64,000 nt of DNA, from positions 32,001 to 96,000 of the forward strand of contig CALSSJ010000022.1 of assembly GCA_943788985.1 (NCBI GenBank). The letters are read 5' to 3'. The position numbers were made by a program, and so were the translations under genes. This document shows, piece by piece, positions 50,415-64,000 of this stretch. Under the pieces are notes generated by a model. It had not been told where the DNA came from. It did no database searches and worked only from the letters and a program-made list of their open reading frames with translations. Each line of letters starts with the position of its first letter. Position 1 is the first letter of the stretch. Source of the stretch: an uncultured Lentisphaerales bacterium (lineage in GTDB: Bacteria > Verrucomicrobiota > Lentisphaeria > JABSQK01 > UBA12247).

Positions 50415-51108
50415 GAGCGGAATTTTGCTCGTGGACAAGCCCCTGGATTGGACCAGCCATGATGTGGTCGGGTTCATACGGCGGTTTGGATTTAAGAAAG
50501 TTGGGCACTGCGGGACGCTTGATCCCAAGGCGACCGGACTGTTGGTGGTGGTCCTAGGACGTGCGACCAAGCTGTCTGAGAAGCTTACGGGCCAGCAGAA
50601 GTACTACACGGGGACCCTGGAGTTGGGCATCTCGACGGACAGCTACGACGTAGAAGGCAAGGTGATTTCAACGCGACCGTGGGAGGCTGTCAGCGAGGAG
50701 CGGATCCGTGAGGAGTTCGACACGTACAGCCAGATTACTGAGCAAATCCCCCCGATGGTCTCCGCGAAGAAGGTGAAGGGCAAGGAGCTGTACAAGTACC
50801 ACCGGGAAGGCAAGGAAATCGAAAGAGAGGCGCGGCCGGTGAAGATCGACTCCTTGGATGTGCTGGAGGTCGCGAGGCCCCGTGTGAGCTTCGAATTAGT
50901 GTGCAGCAAGGGCTTCTACGTCCGGACCCTCTGCAATGATATTGGCGAGACGCTTGGCTGCGGCGGACACCTCGCCGGGTTGCGGCGGACCAGGAGTGGG
51001 CGCTTTTCGATCGATGATGCCGTCGATATCGAGACGCTGCGCACGTGGCGCAAAGAGCATATTCTGGAGCGCATGATCCCACTGGCTTCTGCGGTGAGTT
51101 ACATCTGA
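50392..51108 (+). CDS. truB: tRNA pseudouridine(55) synthase
   Basis: DKP..WTSHDVV, KVGHCGTLDP.ATG, PPMVSA.K..G, CSKGFYVR.L. Confidence 0.96.
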   Translation: MDKKVLTESGILLVDKPLDWTSHDVVGFIRRFGFKKVGHCGTLDPKATGLLVVVLGRATKLSEKLTGQQKYYTGTLELGISTDSYDVEGKVISTRPWEAVSEERIREEFDTYSQITEQIPPMVSAKKVKGKELYKYHREGKEIEREARPVKIDSLDVLEVARPRVSFELVCSKGFYVRTLCNDIGETLGCGGHLAGLRRTRSGRFSIDDAVDIETLRTWRKEHILERMIPLASAVSYI

Positions 51109-51175
51109 TTTTCGACTTTCGGCTGCGAGGGCGCGGTAGTAGGCGTCTCCTCGGCGATGCGTTTCCTTTCCCAGC

Positions 51176-52230
51176 GCCGAGCCTGGGCTGGAGTTTGTCG
51201 AGCGCTTCGCGTTGGACGATGCCTGCGCGCAGCTACTTGGCGACCTAGTTCCCGGCACGGACTGTGCCTATTACTACAGGTGTCTGCATTATCAGCCTGA
51301 ACGCGCCGATAAGGCGTTCTGGGCCATGCTGAGCGAGTGGCGCAAGAACTGGAATGGCTGGAGCGGCCGCATGAAGGAACTGCGCAGGCGCCAGCATCTG
51401 CTGCCGTTTGAGTGGGAGCCGGAAGAGACTTGAACTTTCTTGATCGATTAAGATCTACAGTTGCAGTTCAATGATCGGCCCACGTCCGCGAAAGTCTCGG
51501 TGCTCGCTCGCACGCAAAACAAGAGGCTCGATCGGAATGTACCGCGCACGCAGGAATGGGCAGAGCAAAACTACTACAAGGTACGGGCTACGGCGAACTC
51601 CGGAGATCGGGTTCCACCCAACGAATTCTGGCGAGATATAGCCAACGGTGAGACGCTTCCAGCCTCGCTGCTCGGTGCCCACCGGAGCTTTACGGAGATC
51701 ATGGCCGCGCTTGCGCTCGTCGACTTTCCGTTCAAAGCGAGCGAGGTCACGGAAGATCGGAAGGAGGCATGGCTGTCGCTGACGTTTGGGGGCCGGGTGA
51801 CGGTCACTGACCCGACATCCTCTCGGCGTCGGCTGAATGTGCTGCTGCAGATTCCGCGTGGCGTGGTGCCGATGGGCAACGGCTTCTAAACCGATGATCG
51901 CACTGTCGAGCTGATGGCGTATCAGACGGAGACGATCGACTACGGGTTCTATTTTCCGGAGGCCGGTGATTTCGCGCAGTTTCCGGTCCACGCAGCAGCG
52001 GATAAGTTGATCGTGGCCCGAGACGGGCTGGGCAGCTTTAACGTGGTAGAGGCGCTTACTTAGACCGATCGGAGGTCGTGGGCATGGATCTCACAGAATA
52101 GGGAGTTCGCAGAGGTCCTGACCCATTTGCGCGAGAACAATCTGCGTCGCTTAGATTTGGGGCAGATGCTCTGACGGCTCAAGGACAAGGGGTTCTCTGG
52201 CCAGGCCCTTGGAAATCTTGCGCGAGCACC
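51176..52230 (+). pseudogene. Remnant of a large conserved hypothetical protein; one frame with five stops
   Basis: FVERFAL...LVPGT..YYY.CLHYQ, EWAEQNYY, FWRD, FTEIMAALALVDFPF, LLQIP.G, YGFYFP..GDFAQFPVH, SWAWISQN. Stops at 51431, 51449, 51887, 52061 and 52172; no start codon. Confidence 0.7.
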
Positions 52231-52431
52231 TTCACTTCCATGCGCAGAGCTACCGTTATCGCTTTCTGCACTGGTACGTTTCCGCGACCCGTGTCTGGCT
52301 GGACCATGGCCGCGGCATACGCGCCACTGGTCCTCCTGATTCCCTGTCTCGAGGCAGGGGGTTACGCGCGCACTCGCTGAGCCCCGCAGCCACTTATTTT
52401 TGGTCGTTGCGGAGTTCGCAACCAAGGGCAT

Positions 52432-52485
52432 AGTTTGCCAATCGCATTAACTTTGTATTGCAAACTGGTCATTCATTATTACACT
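52432..52485 (+). promoter_or_regulatory. Putative promoter with an overlapping palindromic operator
   Basis: TTGCAA-16 bp-TACACT; ACTTTG-TATTG-CAAACT near-palindrome; AGTTTGC...GCAAACT inverted repeat. Confidence 0.5.
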
Positions 52486-52517
52486 CTGGTACATCGGAAA
52501 CCATCAGAGGGCATGTT

Positions 52518-53099
52518 ATGGATGCTGTGAGTCAGGCCTTGCAACAGGTGCAGGTGATACGAGGGATACTGGAGCGGCGTCGATTCGACGGGTTGTCAGG
52601 TAAGGCGCGGGTGACAACTGCGCTCGCGACGTTGGTCACGGGCGGAGTGCTTGCGTTAATGCCAGCTGACCCGGTGGTGCACCTCTACGGTTGGTTCGGG
52701 CTGTGCGTATTTGCGGTAATCGCAAACTTTGGCTCGCTTGCGAGCTGGTTTCTGTTTGATCCGAGTGTGAAACGAGACTGGCGACGTTTACTGCCGGTCT
52801 TGGATATTGTGCCATCGCTGGTGGTTGGTTGCGTCATGACGGTGGTGCTGGTGAGTTGCGGACAGGCCGATCTTCTGTTCGGCGCTTGGATGTGCATGTT
52901 TGGCCTTTGTAACATTTCTGCGCGACACATTCTGCCGATTGGCGTGGTCTGGATCGGGCTATTCTACTTGAACTGTGGTCTGATTTGTCTACTAGCCCCG
53001 ATTTCGTTCTTGGATCCGTTGCCGATGGTTGCGGTGTTCGCATTCGGGGAGGCTCTGGGTGGAGCGCTGATGATTCGTAACCAAACGCGCAATGTATAG
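52518..53099 (+). CDS. Membrane protein (~6 TM)
   Basis: Hydrophobic helices; the pattern 'ALQQV..IR..LER...F.GLSG' resembles partners of winged-HTH regulators. Confidence 0.75.
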   Translation: MDAVSQALQQVQVIRGILERRRFDGLSGKARVTTALATLVTGGVLALMPADPVVHLYGWFGLCVFAVIANFGSLASWFLFDPSVKRDWRRLLPVLDIVPSLVVGCVMTVVLVSCGQADLLFGAWMCMFGLCNISARHILPIGVVWIGLFYLNCGLICLLAPISFLDPLPMVAVFAFGEALGGALMIRNQTRNV

Positions 53100-53108
53100 G
53101 AAATTGCC

Positions 53109-53462
53109 ATGAAGCACTCAGAATTTTCCGCGCTGCGCACTGTTTTTCACGAGCCGAACCGGTTGGCGATTGTGGCGGCGCTGGCTGCCAATGAGATCGG
53201 ACTTGGCTTTGTGGAGCTTCGGGTGGACTTGGAGTTGACCAACGGGAACTTGAGCCGCCATCTTAAGATGTTGGAGGAGGCGGGGGTCGTGGATGTGAAG
53301 AAGTCGTTTCGCGGGGTAAAACCGCACACGCAGATTTGGGTAACGAGGGAGGGACGTGAGCGATTTGGTACGTACCTGCAGGACTTGGAGAACGTGCTCA
53401 AACGAGCCCATGAATCGCTTTCCCTGGCCAGTGATGTTGAGCTCAGTCCGGTACAGGCGTGA
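53109..53462 (+). CDS. Winged-helix transcriptional regulator (ArsR/MarR-like, HTH_34 type)
   Basis: FHEPNRLAIV..L, F.EL...L.LTNGNLSRHL..LEEAG.V...KSF.G.KP.T. Confidence 0.9.
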   Translation: MKHSEFSALRTVFHEPNRLAIVAALAANEIGLGFVELRVDLELTNGNLSRHLKMLEEAGVVDVKKSFRGVKPHTQIWVTREGRERFGTYLQDLENVLKRAHESLSLASDVELSPVQA

Positions 53463-53471
53463 GCTGGTAAG

Positions 53472-54651
53472 ATGCACAATGTAGGGATTGATCTGCTGTC
53501 TTTCTATGCGCCCACGGAGTACTTGGATCTTGCAGATCTTGCGGATGCCCGTGGTGTCGCTCCTGAGAAGTACGAGATAGGTCTAGATCAGCGGTTGATG
53601 TCCTGTTCCGGCTGCGGACGAGGATGCTGTCACGATGGCCGCTGCAGCGGCATTGCCACTGCTTGAGCAGACGGATCCATCGCGTATCGGGGCTCTGCTA
53701 GTGGGCACGGAGAGCGCGGTGGATCATTCAAAAGCGACCGCAGCTTTTGTGCATCGGTTGCTCGGGCTTCCGGCCACCTGCATGATTTACGATGTGCGGC
53801 AGGCATGTGCAGCTGGAACTATCGGCTTGAGGCAGGCTGCGGCGATGGTTGCGCTGGAGCCAGAGATGACCGCGCTAGTGATCGCCACTGACATCGCGCA
53901 CTATGCGGCCCACTCCCCCGGGGAGCCCACCCAGGGGGCGGGTGCTTGTGCTCTGTTGGTAAGCGCGAATCCACGGGTTTGTCGCGTAGAGCCGACCTGG
54001 GGAGTGCACGCAGAGGAGACGTCGGATTTCTGGCGTCCAATCTCGCGGGATACGCCCGTGGTGAATGGGAAAACATCGCTCCTTAAATATTTGGAGTGCC
54101 TGCGCGGGGCGAGGCGGCATTTCATCGCCAGCGGTGGTGATGGGAAGCTTCGGAGTCATTGCTTTCACTTGCCCTTTGCTAGCATGGCTCACAAGGCTGC
54201 GAAGCAAGTCGCTCGTGATGCTGGGGCTGGCCCGTCGTATCGCGCATCGCTTCAATACGGCCGGGTGATCGGGAATACTTACACAGCTTCGCTCTATATT
54301 GCTTTGGCTTCACTGTTAGAGCAAGGCGACGTAGACGATGGTGAGCGCATCGGCATGTACAGCTATGGATCTGGTTCTCTGGGATTATATTTCGCGTTGC
54401 AGACTGTGCAGGGATTTCGCGATCACCTGCTGAAGCGCAGCCACACCCAGATGTTGGCGCGACGACATCCTCTTTCTTTAGCAAGCTACGAGGCCCGACA
54501 TGCGCGGAGCGGTAATCCACCGCAGGAGGTATCGGACAGCGAGAGCCCATTTCGCTGGGTTGGTGTGGATGAACTCAGGCGGATGTACGAGCCGCGAGCT
54601 GCGGGGATCGGCGTGGCTAGCGACGCGGCGTGGGTGTCAGAGTCCGGGTAA
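53472..54651 (+). CDS. mvaS: Hydroxymethylglutaryl-CoA synthase family protein with a +1 frameshift near 53602
   Basis: VGID.LSFY.P...LDL.DLA.ARGV.PEKY.IGL.Q..MS|VPAADEDAVTMA, GTES..D.SK, QAC.AG, GEPTQGAGA, DFWRP, HLPF, GNTYTASLY, SYGSG. Confidence 0.88.
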
Positions 54652-55263
54652 CAGCTTATTGAAGTCTGCCCAGTACTCTTTTCTGGCGCAGCTTTCGCAG
54701 CGTGTACCCATCTAGACCGCATCAAATTGGTCCATGATCTGTCGGATCAGTGACGGATCATCCGTAAGAATGCCATTCTCGAAGTTGCACTTGTCTACGC
54801 ACTTAGCCCCCATTCCGCCACCCGTGATGTTGGCGCTACTGCTGTAAGCGAGATACCCGTCGACAATGCCCGATTTGAAGCGAACTCCTGGACAGAGGAC
54901 GCGCTCCAAGCCCTGGCCGCGATTAATGTGGGATAGCGATCAAAGTCCTCACGGAAGGCTGGGCTAGGCTCTTTGGCGTAGATCAGCCGTACGGACACGC
55001 CGGCATCAATGAGGTCGGCGAGCGTCTCCAAAAATGGCACCATGCGCCGCGCTTTGTGCACGGACATGTCTTTTAAGTCGGCGGTTGCCAACCAGAGAAA
55101 AAATTGTGGCCATAGGCACCGACTCGCAGATCACGCGCTCGCAGATCACGCGCTCGCAGATCACGCGCTCGCAGATCTCGCGCTCGTAGATCACGCGCTC
55201 GTCGATCACGCGCTCGTAGATCTCGCGCTCGTAGATCTCGCGGTCGGTGACTAAATCGTTCAA
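54637..55263 (-). pseudogene. Phospholipase D-like domain gene, inactivated
   Basis: LWLATADLKD...VPFLE.L..L...GVSVRL..AKEP, CPGVRFKSGIVDG (HxKxxxxD with H>R), SANITG.GMGAK...NFE.G. Frameshifts at ~55100 and ~54912, and TAG at 54712. Confidence 0.82.
55123..55242. repeat. Tandem repeat, 8 x 15 bp (consensus CTCG[CT][AC]GATC[AT]CGCG)
   Basis: Eight contiguous units read directly; on the minus strand they encode R(E/V)I(Y/C/D)E. Confidence 0.95.
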
Positions 55264-55278
55264 GAGTGCGCCCTCCGC

Positions 55279-56379
55279 TCAGGTCGAGATGCGGAAGAGG
55301 ACGACGTCGCCATCCTTGACTTCGTAATCCTTACCTTCCACTCGCATGAGGCCAGCTTCCTTGGCGCCATTGCGCCCGCCGTGTGCGACTACGTCATCGA
55401 AATTTGTCACCTCGGCACGGATGTAGCCTTTCTCGAAGTCAGTGTGGATCACCGCGGCGGCCTGTGGGCCGAGGAGTCCGCGGCGGATGGTCCAGGCACG
55501 AGCCTCAAGCTCGCCAACAGTCAGGAATGTGATCAGTCCGAGCGTGCTGTAGCTATGCTTGATCAGGCGATCCAGACCAGACTCCGTGAGACCAAGATCC
55601 TGTAGAAATTCAACGGCTTCTTCCGCGTCAAGTTGCGCGATCTCTTCTTCGATCTTGGCGCAGATTGAGACGACTGATGTCCCCTCAGTGGCTGCATGCT
55701 CTCGGACTTTTGCGACGTACTCGTTCTCCATTTCCGGTAGGTCATCCTCTCCTACATTGGCTGCATAGATGATCGGCTTGAAGGTGAGGAAACGATAAGA
55801 CTTGATAGATTTTTTCTCTTCATCCGAGAGTTCCAGAGTCCGCAGGGGGTGCTCTGACTCCAGGTGTGCCGCGACCCGTAGCATGACTTCGTGCAGCACC
55901 ATGGCATCTGCTTCGCGGGCCTTCGCGCGCTTGGACAGACGTTGGACGGCTCGCTCAGCCTGCTCCAGATCTGCGAGCATGAGTTCTATGTTGATGGTCT
56001 CAATATCGGAGAGCGGATCGACGTGTCCATCTACGTGGACGACGTTGCCGTCGTCAAAACAGCGCACGACGTGAATAATCGCATCTACATCTGCGATGTT
56101 ATCCAGGAATTGATTTCCGCGACCTTCCCCTTTTGAGGCACCGCGGACGAGGCCGGCGATGTCGACGTATTCTATCGTTGCATAGATTTTGCGCTGCGGA
56201 TTTATCATTTTCTCAAGTGTGTCTACGCGAGCATCCGGCACGGTGACGATCCCTTTGTTGGGTTCGATGGTGCAGAATGGATAGTTTGCCGCTTCGGCGC
56301 CAGCTTTGGTCACAGCGTTGAATAGGGTGGATTTACCGACATTGGGCAATCCAACGATGCCACAGGAGAGACCAGCCAT
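55279..56379 (-). CDS. ychF: Redox-regulated ATPase YchF
   Basis: [57 protein letters not shown]. Confidence 0.97.
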   Translation of the reverse strand: MAGLSCGIVGLPNVGKSTLFNAVTKAGAEAANYPFCTIEPNKGIVTVPDARVDTLEKMINPQRKIYATIEYVDIAGLVRGASKGEGRGNQFLDNIADVDAIIHVVRCFDDGNVVHVDGHVDPLSDIETINIELMLADLEQAERAVQRLSKRAKAREADAMVLHEVMLRVAAHLESEHPLRTLELSDEEKKSIKSYRFLTFKPIIYAANVGEDDLPEMENEYVAKVREHAATEGTSVVSICAKIEEEIAQLDAEEAVEFLQDLGLTESGLDRLIKHSYSTLGLITFLTVGELEARAWTIRRGLLGPQAAAVIHTDFEKGYIRAEVTNFDDVVAHGGRNGAKEAGLMRVEGKDYEVKDGDVVLFRIST

Positions 56380-56409
56380 AATCGTAGAGTTCCAGGGATA
56401 GGGGAGGGG

Positions 56410-60733
<4,324 letters not shown>

Positions 60734-60941
60734 GGCTGAGTCCTTGAAGTTTTGGAGCAGTCTGAACTGTACTCGGTCTTGAATAAAATGCACACTCGGA
60801 TGCGCGAGGCAGACCCTGCCGGGGGGAGGCTGTCAGGTTTTGTTTGGCATTTGAGCAAGATCGAGCTATCTTTTAAAGCGAACAATCGAGGGACAGGGCG
60901 CTCTGTGCCCAATCACAACGCGAGCACAACGGAGTTTCGCC

Positions 60942-61217
60942 ATGGGTGAGATTTTTGATTTACTTTCACGTCACTTCACGCTGGAGTCTGCAAATACCAA
61001 CATGCAGACCTTGACGTGCGCCGTCGTAATCTGGATGACGGTCGTCATTTGTACGGTCACGTCAATCTGGAGTAGACCGTTTTCTTTCAGTGCCAAAGTT
61101 TGCTGGGCAATTATCGTATTGTTCATTCCCCTGCTGGGGGTGCTTTGCTACCTGCCGTTTGCCGCCTCGGGTGAACTCTTTCCGGTTACCGGCTTTTGGC
61201 GACCGACCAAGCGCTGA
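60942..61217 (+). CDS. Small two-TM protein, PLDc_N-like
   Basis: IW...........K..WAIIVLFIPLLG.L.YL. Confidence 0.7.
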   Translation: MGEIFDLLSRHFTLESANTNMQTLTCAVVIWMTVVICTVTSIWSRPFSFSAKVCWAIIVLFIPLLGVLCYLPFAASGELFPVTGFWRPTKR

Positions 61218-61255
61218 CAGGCGCTTAACCGGACTAGAAACAGGAGAAGCGCGAC

Positions 61256-62068
61256 ATGTATCAGGACTTTTTTGGTTTTCGGGAGATGCCGTTCAACATC
61301 ACCCCGAACCCGCGTTTCCTGTTTCTGAGCCCTACCCACCAGGAAGCACTGCAGCATCTACGGTATGGGATTGAGCAGAAGAAGGGATTCATCGCTCTGA
61401 CTGGCGAAGTTGGATGCGGTAAGACCACGCTGTGTCGCCAGCTACTGAATGAGCTCGACCCTGAGCGGTACGAGACCGCCCTGATTGTCAATCCTCGCCT
61501 GTCAGAAGAGCAATTGCTGAGCGCAATTCTGACCGAACTCGGCTGGGCTGGGAGCGTGACCGGTAAGAACGACCTGATCCAGGAGTTGAACCTGCTATTG
61601 TTGGGCCGGATCAAGGAAGGCAAGGACATCGTTCTGGTTATCGATGAGGCGCACAATCTCGAATTCGAAGTGATGGAGCAGTTGCGACTCCTGTCGAATC
61701 TTGAGACTGATGACCAGAAGTTGTTGCAGATCATCCTCATGGGGCAGCCTGAGTTGCGCGATAATCTCATGGAAGAAAGACTGAGGCAACTGCGTGAGCG
61801 GATCCTCGTGTACTACGAGTTGAAGCCGCTTAATCGGTATGAAACGCGTATGTATGTGCAGCATCGCTTAAGTTTGGTAGGCTCGATGGGTCGTCCCCGG
61901 TTTACCAACTGGGCATTCCGCGCGCTTTACCGTGGGAGCCACGGAATTCCGCGCCGAATAAATAATATTTGCGATAAAGCGCTACTGTCGGCTTTCATTC
62001 GGAGCACGGACTTGGTATCTTACCATGATATACGCCGAGCAGTAAAGGACATTGATCGACTGAGATGA
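61256..62068 (+). CDS. ExeA/GspA-family AAA ATPase
   Basis: MY..FFGF.E.PF.ITP.P.FLF, GEVGCGKTT, IDEAH, LRLLSNLET, GQPEL, GIPRRIN.ICD.ALL. Confidence 0.93.
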   Translation: MYQDFFGFREMPFNITPNPRFLFLSPTHQEALQHLRYGIEQKKGFIALTGEVGCGKTTLCRQLLNELDPERYETALIVNPRLSEEQLLSAILTELGWAGSVTGKNDLIQELNLLLLGRIKEGKDIVLVIDEAHNLEFEVMEQLRLLSNLETDDQKLLQIILMGQPELRDNLMEERLRQLRERILVYYELKPLNRYETRMYVQHRLSLVGSMGRPRFTNWAFRALYRGSHGIPRRINNICDKALLSAFIRSTDLVSYHDIRRAVKDIDRLR

Positions 62069-64000
62069 GTCAACGCGAGCTGATTAACGACGCAGTAAAT
62101 GCGGTGCGAGAGAGGCGGTCTACACCCACTCCGCCACCAAGCGGCCCGCCTTACCGTCCACCCAGTTTTGGCGGTGGAGGGGGAAGTTGGATGCCAATGA
62201 TCCTCGGGTGCTTTGCGTTCGTCGTTTTGGCTGTATTTGCGGGCGGTATCTTCTACGTCGCATTTCGTCCAGTGGACGGAGGAGAGCACGCCAAGGCATA
62301 TCAGGAACCGGTGGCTACTCAAGCCATCCCAATCCCTGTTGAAGTGCCGACAACGCCGTCGGCACCGGTGCAAGAGCCTAACTTCGGGCACAACCCGTAT
62401 GGCGTACCTGCTGCGGCGCAACCCGCCTATCCTGCTCCCTTTGCTGCGTCAGGACAGCAAATAGCTCCCACTCCTAGGCCGCACTCTCAGCCTGTCTACT
62501 TTCAGCAACATCCTTCCCATGCTCTGCCCGCCTCAACAAGTCATCAGCGCTCGCTAGCGGAGCGAAATTTTGTTGCGGATCGAGGCGCGCCGGCTGTCAG
62601 TCAGCCAGCCAAGCGCCGTAGCGAGCATGCGGACGTGAGGATCGGCGAAGTAGAGCGCACTCTCCGTGCAGATGAGCAGCGACCAGCACTGGAAAGTTCT
62701 CGTGGTATCGGCGCTACGTTTGACGCTGTCGTGCGACACGTGATCGAGAAAGAAGTTGAGAAAACGCCAACTGCTGCCACCAAGGGGTATGGTGCAATCA
62801 CTGGCGAGGTCGTCAACATCTACAACGGTCAGGTAACCATCGGTGAGAACGTGATGAATGGCGGGCTGAATCGGGGCCCGGCCGTCGCCGGGAATCACCA
62901 ATACGGCTACCCTGCTGTGGGAATGATGCCGCAGAATCCAGTAATGCCGCAGTATCCAGTCATGCCTCAGAGCCCGCAGCTTCGCTCAGGAGTGCCTGCT
63001 CAAGGTGTTGTTCAGCAAGGCCTGCAGCCGATGTTTGCACAGCCGCAGCCAATGGTGCCTGGATATCCGATGCAGTACTATTACCCAATACCGATGCCGG
63101 GTTATTCCAGTCCTCAGTACTCGCAGTCTGCGACGCAACATACGGTGCCTCAGGTGCAGCCCAATGAGGCTTTTGCCAGCCAGGATCCCGAGTTGGACCA
63201 TCTGCAGCAGGAAAACCTTGACTTGTTGGCGACGCTGCGTGGAATTAGCGAGGATCTGGGTCGCAACGCCGCAAGTAGCGCATTTTCTCCCGATATCCCG
63301 GGTGATGCAAGGCCGGATGCTGGACTTGCGCCTGCGGTCGGGCCCAAGGTTGTCTCCGGCGTGAAGCCGTCGCGGACCATGGCCCTTGATGCGCCCCCAC
63401 GTTTTCAGGATTCTTGGGAAGACTGGGAGCGGGCTGTGAGTCGCGGCACCACCAGTGAACTTGCCGGCAGCGAACCGTTTCTGAGTGACTCGTTCCTGAC
63501 TGCAGACCAACTCACAGCTGCCTTTGGGGCAATGGATGCAGCGCAGGCGACCGATGACGCGATGCCTGACTCCGGAAACGGCGTATCATACAACACATTC
63601 TTCCGCCGCGAAGATAAGAGAATCTCGCCGGGATTCCGAGCTGGTCCCTTGCGCCTTGAGGTCTTTGATACCCTCCTCTCCGCCCCCGGGAAGTTCGACC
63701 AAAATCTTGTAGACGAACAGTTTCAGCCGAGCGAAGCGAAATTTCGTCTCGGGAATCTGTTTCTGGATGCCAGCCACATCACCGTTGGTGCTGCCTGGTC
63801 TGACAATTTTGGAGACGACTATGATGGCGAGCCGAAGGATGCTGGCATGGTAAGCTTCGTCGCGTTGGAGGATGTCGCCGGTATCATTCAGCTCTCAGAA
63901 GGCTTTCAATGGTCGGTTCGTGGTGACTTCGTTTGGCTTATTAACGACGAGATTGGTGGGGCGAGCGGCTTCGGTTTGGATAAGGACGTCGCGGACATGG
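62065..64000 (+). CDS. Large protein, 3' partial (at least 645 codons): TM anchor, Pro/Gln-rich linker, beta-rich region; absent from the ORF track
   Basis: The ATG overlaps the ExeA stop (ATGA). Frame 1 was read codon by codon and is open to the window end. MSQRELINDAV..., TM segment MILGCFAFVVLAVFAGGIFYVAF. Confidence 0.85.
   Translation, partial: MSQRELINDAVNAVRERRSTPTPPPSGPPYRPPSFGGGGGSWMPMILGCFAFVVLAVFAGGIFYVAFRPVDGGEHAKAYQEPVATQAIPIPVEVPTTPSAPVQEPNFGHNPYGVPAAAQPAYPAPFAASGQQIAPTPRPHSQPVYFQQHPSHALPASTSHQRSLAERNFVADRGAPAVSQPAKRRSEHADVRIGEVERTLRADEQRPALESSRGIGATFDAVVRHVIEKEVEKTPTAATKGYGAITGEVVNIYNGQVTIGENVMNGGLNRGPAVAGNHQYGYPAVGMMPQNPVMPQYPVMPQSPQLRSGVPAQGVVQQGLQPMFAQPQPMVPGYPMQYYYPIPMPGYSSPQYSQSATQHTVPQVQPNEAFASQDPELDHLQQENLDLLATLRGISEDLGRNAASSAFSPDIPGDARPDAGLAPAVGPKVVSGVKPSRTMALDAPPRFQDSWEDWERAVSRGTTSELAGSEPFLSDSFLTADQLTAAFGAMDAAQATDDAMPDSGNGVSYNTFFRREDKRISPGFRAGPLRLEVFDTLLSAPGKFDQNLVDEQFQPSEAKFRLGNLFLDASHITVGAAWSDNFGDDYDGEPKDAGMVSFVALEDVAGIIQLSEGFQWSVRGDFVWLINDEIGGASGFGLDKDVADM
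62926..62979 (+). repeat. 3 x 18-bp degenerate coding repeat (MPQNPV MPQYPV MPQSPQ)
   Basis: ATGCCGCAGAATCCAGTA / ATGCCGCAGTATCCAGTC / ATGCCTCAGAGCCCGCAG. Confidence 0.7.

Noticed and set aside
51176..52230. Stop-codon recoding or an alternative genetic code
   Set aside because: All three stop types occur, there is no start codon, and neighbouring genes use the standard stops.
55123..55242. CRISPR array
   Set aside because: The units are contiguous 15-mers with no spacers, they lie in frame inside a gene remnant, and there are no cas genes.

Overview
A high-GC bacterial chromosomal segment, most likely from the PVC superphylum and possibly Lentisphaerota. This is inferred from a prepilin/H-X9-DG protein, dapL, an HTH-PTS IIA protein, several Ser/Thr kinases plus an FHA protein, and a short sigma-70. 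Most of the window is housekeeping: ruvAB, gltA, hemE, dapL, moeA, rnd, trmO, mfd, rpsU, rbfA-nrnA-truB, ychF, tRNA-Gln(TTG) and tRNA-Leu(CAA). There are also envelope and glycan genes, uxaC and a GH2 beta-galactosidase. No CRISPR array, prophage or intact transposase was found. The most unusual features are: (1) a co-oriented gene run at 13.1-22.6 kb containing a protein with two tandem GrpE-like domains, an RdgB-HemL fusion, a cNMP-HATPase protein lacking the phospho-His box, and a soluble Ser/Thr kinase; (2) an ExeA-like ATPase coupled to an uncalled ORF of at least 645 codons with a TM helix, a Pro/Gln-rich linker and a beta-rich region; (3) a cyclophilin-FKBP lipoprotein with substituted catalytic residues; (4) an orphan HMG-CoA synthase behind a winged-HTH regulator; (5) several eroded pseudogenes, one carrying an 8x15-bp in-frame repeat expansion. 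The first kilobase has four single-base indels that look like sequencing or assembly errors. All assignments come from motif recognition by eye; no searches were run.
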